DNA of 64,000 nt from Asterias rubens (lineage: Eukaryota), in the NCBI RefSeq assembly GCF_902459465.1, contig NC_047067.1:20584001-20648000 (forward strand). The letters run 5' to 3'. Shown here one piece after another: positions 58,831-64,000 of the stretch (positions within the stretch are counted from its first letter, which is position 1; each line of letters opens with the position of its first letter). A program made the translations under genes and the position numbers. Below the pieces are notes generated by a model. That model ran no database searches and was not told the origin of the DNA. It worked only from the letters and a program-made list of their open reading frames with translations.

Positions 58831-61160
58831 TTACTTTATCTACATTTCAATCTGAGCATTATTTGTAAAGAAAATATTTCTGCTTGCCTCAAATTGCAAG
58901 AATGTGTTTCATGAAGACCACAAGACATGGGCCCAATTTCATGGCACTGCTTTGCACAGCATTCTAGCCTTATGGGCCTTGGAAGGGCGTAAGCACAGAA
59001 TGCCATGGTAAGACGTGCTATGAAATTGGGCACTGCAGCTTGGGAACTGTTACAGCAGCATTTCTTCATCGTATTTGTTACAAACCTTTTGAAGAAGGCT
59101 TGAACTTGGAAACCTGTGAATTTGAGTGCAGACCTGATTGCCCCACGCCTAGGTTGATCTTACCCCCTTGTAGGAGGTACCCTTTACCCTACTAAGGAGA
59201 ACTGGCCTTGCCCTTACAACGGTACAAGAGCGAATGAGTTTCAGGCATGTCTTAAGTGTAAACGTCTTAACATTCATGACCATAAAATAATATGAATGTA
59301 TCAGTCCATTCAAAAAACACTAAATATGGCACAGGAAAACAAATCATATTCCAAGATTTATCGTCAACCCTAGGTCAGCAGACTCTCATGATTTATAAGT
59401 GTTTCTGACATGATGAATGCAAGATGTGCGAATCAGATCAAAAATACATTCATATTTATGGATAACTAATAATGATTCTCAGGGGAAGGAAAGTGCAACT
59501 CAACCCAATTTCAATCTGGGGGCACCCGCAGGTTTATCTGAGTGGGAATTGCTAATCAGCAAGAGTACCAGTAACTCTATGATAAATATGGATATTTTTT
59601 ATTAATATTTGTAGATGATAATTTTTTATGAGTTGTTATTAGTAGTTAAAACAGTAACCGCCTCAATTCCTCCATATTGTTCATCGTGTTGGTTTGTATG
59701 ATTCGATGGATTTTGTACCAGTAGATAGTGCCTTATTCAACTGATACATGTATCTTATTTTAAGCAATGTACATGTAGGCGTCTTGGTGTCCGTTGTACA
59801 AAATGTGTTTGCCCTGGTCAGTTTTTACCCTAGACTCAATCCATTACGTCAAAAACGTTGTAAGTAGCAATTGGTATACCTCAAAATTTGTTGATTTACT
59901 AAGAATGTTAGCACCATGATGCCTAAATATTGTGGGTATTGAGTTTACCACAGATGTAAGGGCATTATTGACTTTTCTTAAAGAGATTGATTTGGCTATC
60001 TTTAGGTGACACAACAAAACTGCAAATGACTAACATAAATGACATCAGAAACTTATTTCAGTCTGGCAACGTTTTCTCATCAGCTTTAAAGTCTGACTTT
60101 CCCACGAAATCAAAACCTCGTGTATTCAGGCACTCCTCGTAAATAAATTATGACAGGCAGTTACTATTGTCAGCTTCCACAATAACATGTATTTATTTTG
60201 TCATGGTATGTCAATGTCAGAAGTACACTTGCATGAAAAAAAAGAGAAATACAATACTAAAGAAGAAAGGAGTTTCCCACTGGTTTGTAACCTTCAATGT
60301 GTGCGTTGTCCTTCATTGTATTTATTCTAATCCAGTTTTGTCACCTTCATAAAAGAAGCAGAGACAAATTATTATTTTGATTAAATGATGGAAGGAATGC
60401 CTGTGGCTTGTGGTTGATGTAATGGTTTGAAGGAGAAACCATGGCCATTGATTATCATTCTCTGATAGTCATTGATGATAATGTGCAGCAATTAAAGTAA
60501 AGGTTTAGTATCGGTACCGTTGGTTGAACCAAGACTAACCCCCAACAAGCAAGCTTCAGAATGTTTCTGTTGATGTATTGGTAGGCCTATAGAGAAGCTA
60601 GACAAACTGGCCACACAGCAACTTGGACACCAATATTTTGTTTTCTTTTGTTAATTAGGTCCCTGGAAATAAAAAGCTCTGACCAAACTTTAAATCTGGC
60701 TTTGGAAAGAGGACATTCTAAGTTTTCAATATTTTATGCTGACATGGTTTTCTCTATCAAGTGTTTAAGTAAAAACCTCTGTTTGCATTATTTTCAGGGC
60801 AATATTTCCTCTCATTAAAACTCATTCTCTTGGTCAGTTAGTTCCAATGCTATGTGGTTGTATGTATCAGCATTGAGTCGTCATTTCCTGAATTTGAATA
60901 GAATTTTAATAAAGAGAATTTGCTGATCTGAAGTCGGTAATGAAGAAAGAGCAGTTGAATAAACATTCTTTGGTTCAACGTACAATAATCACCTTGGACG
61001 ATATGTTCTTTCCTGTAAGCTGGTTGATCCACTTACAGGTAGTGTTAGTAATGTGTGTTGATATTGGCAATCATACACTGGTCTTATGGATGGGTTTTTC
61101 AGTATTCATGTACAATGTATACAAGTTGTACAGTGGATGTGCTCTGTGTAAATTTCATTT

Positions 61161-61340
61161 TCATCATCATCATTCGGCATAGACTTGCGTCTGTGGCCGC
61201 CTCGTCCTCGGTTGTAATGGTGGCGCACTCCTGGAGTTGCCGCCATCACCTGGTGTCTTTCAATCGCTTCTCGTCGCAGTTCTTCGACGCTTCTTCTATT
61301 CCACCTTGTGACGTTGTCATTTTGGCAGGCCTTAATATGA
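61161..61340 (-). mobile_element. RTE-clade LINE 3' end fragment
   Basis: Minus translation NVTRWNRRSVEELRREAIER..WRQL resembles RTE C-termini; (TGA)n tail at 61161-61173. Confidence 0.55.
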
Positions 61341-62454
61341 TTGCTAAGCCTCCATATTCTTAGAATTAGAAAAAAAGATAACGATCACGGCACAAAGAGA
61401 ATGCATTATTTGTTGAATTGCTCCACGCAGATATGCACACGTTCATTCAACCAATAGAATGCATTCTCTTTGCGTTATGATTGTTATCATTTTCAAGTGT
61501 GACTTGGTCTTTACACTGACGTAACAAGTCTGCCATTAAATTAGGCAATCAAACTGCAATTGAATGGTACACATGCGTGTGCACGTCTCCTTAGTTGCGT
61601 ACTGCATTGAAACACACGCACAATCTGTCCATGACTTTTTAAAGAGCACAATCAAGAACAATAGCAGCAGTTTTTCATTCAGATTCCCGTCAGAGGAAGC
61701 GCCTTCTACCCTCTACCTATTTTAATTTTCTTGGTACCCATTGAATATTTCCACCAGAGGTGTTCATTTCCATCCAGGCGGTACCCTTTACTAAGGAATT
61801 AGTTTCTTGCCTTTCTACGATTGATTAAAGCCTTTCTTTTCTTTAATGAAAACAGGATTCTCATAATTGCCGATTGTATATTTTCAATTTGGTGAGAGAT
61901 AATGATGATGAAGATAATGGAGTAAATCAATCCCAAACTCTGAAATCATTTTGATCATCAGTTACTTGCAAAACAATGAAGGGAAACCAAGCCTGTTGTG
62001 ATGGAACGTGTGTAATTTTCAGAAAATATTATTTTAATCAGTAGGTCTATTATATTAATCGGGTTTATTAATACACATCTGAGTTTATCTTTGATGTTTG
62101 ATTTGATCCTTGATGACAAGATATGACAGCTGTGACGCACTATGCCTTCCATGGTGTTGATATATGATCCCTACGGACTTATTGCCCGTAATTTCAAATA
62201 TTTGAGGTCCTGTCAGCCGTGGCAGAGATCACATTCATAGAGTCCCATTCTTGTCATTTGGAAAATGCAATCGTATTCACCGTGTTCTTGTCAGTGGATA
62301 CTTCGTTTAGCCTAAATTAATGATATGTCAATGCTCGGTTCTGTTTGTAAGCACGTATGTTCCCTCCAATGTACACTTTGTGGGAGCTAAGTTAATCAAG
62401 TCAGGGTTTTATCCAGGGTGAAGAAAGAAGGTTGAGCAATTAAGACATCCACAA

Positions 62455-63030
62455 GACACTGAGACACACTACACTCTCACTGAGAGATTTCCCTTTCTCA
62501 CAGAGACACTCTCCTTTCTCAGTGACACACACCCCTGAGACACACCCTCTTTTATCACTGAGACACAACCCTCTCACTGGAAAACGCACACTCTTTTTTT
62601 AGCGTGACACACCCCTTTTTTACTGAGACACACCTCTCTGTCACTGAGACACCCTCTTCTACTGAGACACATACTCTTCCCTCACTGAGATACGCCCCTT
62701 TCTCACTGACACACGCCCCTTTCTCACTGACACACGCCTCTCTCTCACCGAGACACACCTTCGTATCTCACTGAGACACATCATCTTTCACTGAGACACA
62801 CCCCTCTCTCACTGAGACACACCCCTCTCACTGAAAAACACACACTCTTCTCTCAGCGAGACGCTCCCCTTTCTCACAGAGACACCCTCTTCTCTCACTG
62901 AGACACACACTTCCCTCACTGAGATACGCCCCTTTCTCACTGAGACATGCCCTTTCTCACTGAGACATGCCCTTTCTCACTGAGACACACCCTCCCCACC
63001 GAGACACGCCCCTCTCTCTGAGACACACCC
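62455..63030. repeat. Degenerate 20-24-bp satellite (CTCACTGAGACACACCCC core)
   Basis: More than 20 imperfect units with a recurring CTCACTGAGACAC. Confidence 0.85.
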
Positions 63031-64000
63031 CTGGCTCTTAACCTATAGAAGAGCGCTATGAGTTATTGCTGGACATCTTAGTAATCGACTATTTCAAGGG
63101 TCATGTCTTTAATCAGTCTTGAGGACCAGGGACCATAAACCCTTGAGATACCAAAGTTGCTGTACTTTGCAATGGGTATGATTTATACAGCCCAAATATA
63201 CAATGTACATGCCGAACTATCCATTGAGTTCTCAGATTTAGTGATTGATTTTTTGTCAATGCGCACAAAGTACGCACAAAGTAGTTTTTCCTCTGGGGAG
63301 AGATTTAAAGGAAAACCAATTAATTGTCTGAAATCTACTAACAGCTTAATGCTCTGACTGCAGGCACTTGTTCAGAGTGCATAAAGTGCTGTGTGTACTA
63401 TGTATATTATTCTAAAGTGCGTATCTGATCAATTCGAGAAAGTAAAGCTCAGAAAAAATCAGTTACTTGACATTATGAGCAGAAGAGAAGACTTTCATTG
63501 AACTTAGTGCAGTGTCAAAATATAACTGAAACGTTCTTTCTTGTATTGCTCCCCAAGTATTTAATGTACAAACAAGCTTTGAACTTTTGGCCAGTTCGTG
63601 GTTAAGTCTGTGAAGAAGTCACATTTGTCAGTGAAGGGTGAGATTGTTATCCATTGAATTGTTGAGCATGACTAGAGTCTTAAGCAGAGAACCTTGTAAA
63701 CCCTAACAAGGTGCTAAAGAAATGGTTAGAAATTGGTAAGAAATTGATTATACGTTTCTTAGAAATCCTTTTAGGCTCAATTTGAACTGAAACATCATTA
63801 AACTGAGACTTCATCTGCCAAGTTGATCTTTGTGCAAGGGAGTTCTAGAAGAAAAAGTTTGTATGGGAAAGTTTTCAATGCTTTTTCTTTCAGTAAAACA
63901 TCTTTCAGTTGAAAGTTTGCTGACATATTCAAGGATACAAAGACCTTTTTTTAAAAGAAAGTTGAATTACTAGCGTCCGCCTGAAATTGGTACATTTCTG

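Noticed and set aside
1-64000. A second Wnt gene (Wnt3 or Wnt1/6/10 cluster) next to Wnt9
   Set aside because: No further Wnt motifs (RWNC, CKCHG, WGGC) were found on either strand; linkage beyond the window cannot be judged.

Overview
AT-rich, intron-containing metazoan DNA, most likely an echinoderm such as a sea star (inferred from protein style and repeat families, not shown directly). Five genes could be reconstructed by hand with GT-AG splice sites: two divergent intronless GT31 (beta-1,3-glycosyltransferase) genes (3224-4507 minus, 6264-7364 plus), a 4-exon Wnt9 (8816-23014 minus), a 6-exon GOSR2/membrin (33460-37206 minus; missed by the ORF track) and a 17-exon ACAD11 ending in the peroxisomal signal AKL (38805-49791 plus). 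There is also a weak candidate orphan spliced gene near 52.3-53.2 kb. Between and inside the genes are tRNA-derived SINEs, TTAA-flanked and Harbinger-like MITEs, LINE relics and several VNTRs. The most interesting signals: (1) a dispersed short repeat family carrying a minimal hammerhead-ribozyme fold (best copy 29930-29971 minus) with compensatory base changes between copies, resembling Penelope-type retroelement ends; (2) both GT31 enzymes carry an unexpected C-terminal hydrophobic anchor; (3) Wnt9-GOSR2 linkage as in human WNT9B-GOSR2 but in swapped order; (4) a uORF overlapping the Wnt9 start codon, plus four full CRE palindromes around its promoter; (5) the ACAD11 3' UTR is built from 165-bp in-frame tandem copies of its own coding end. 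All coordinates were counted by hand and no searches or folding programs were run.
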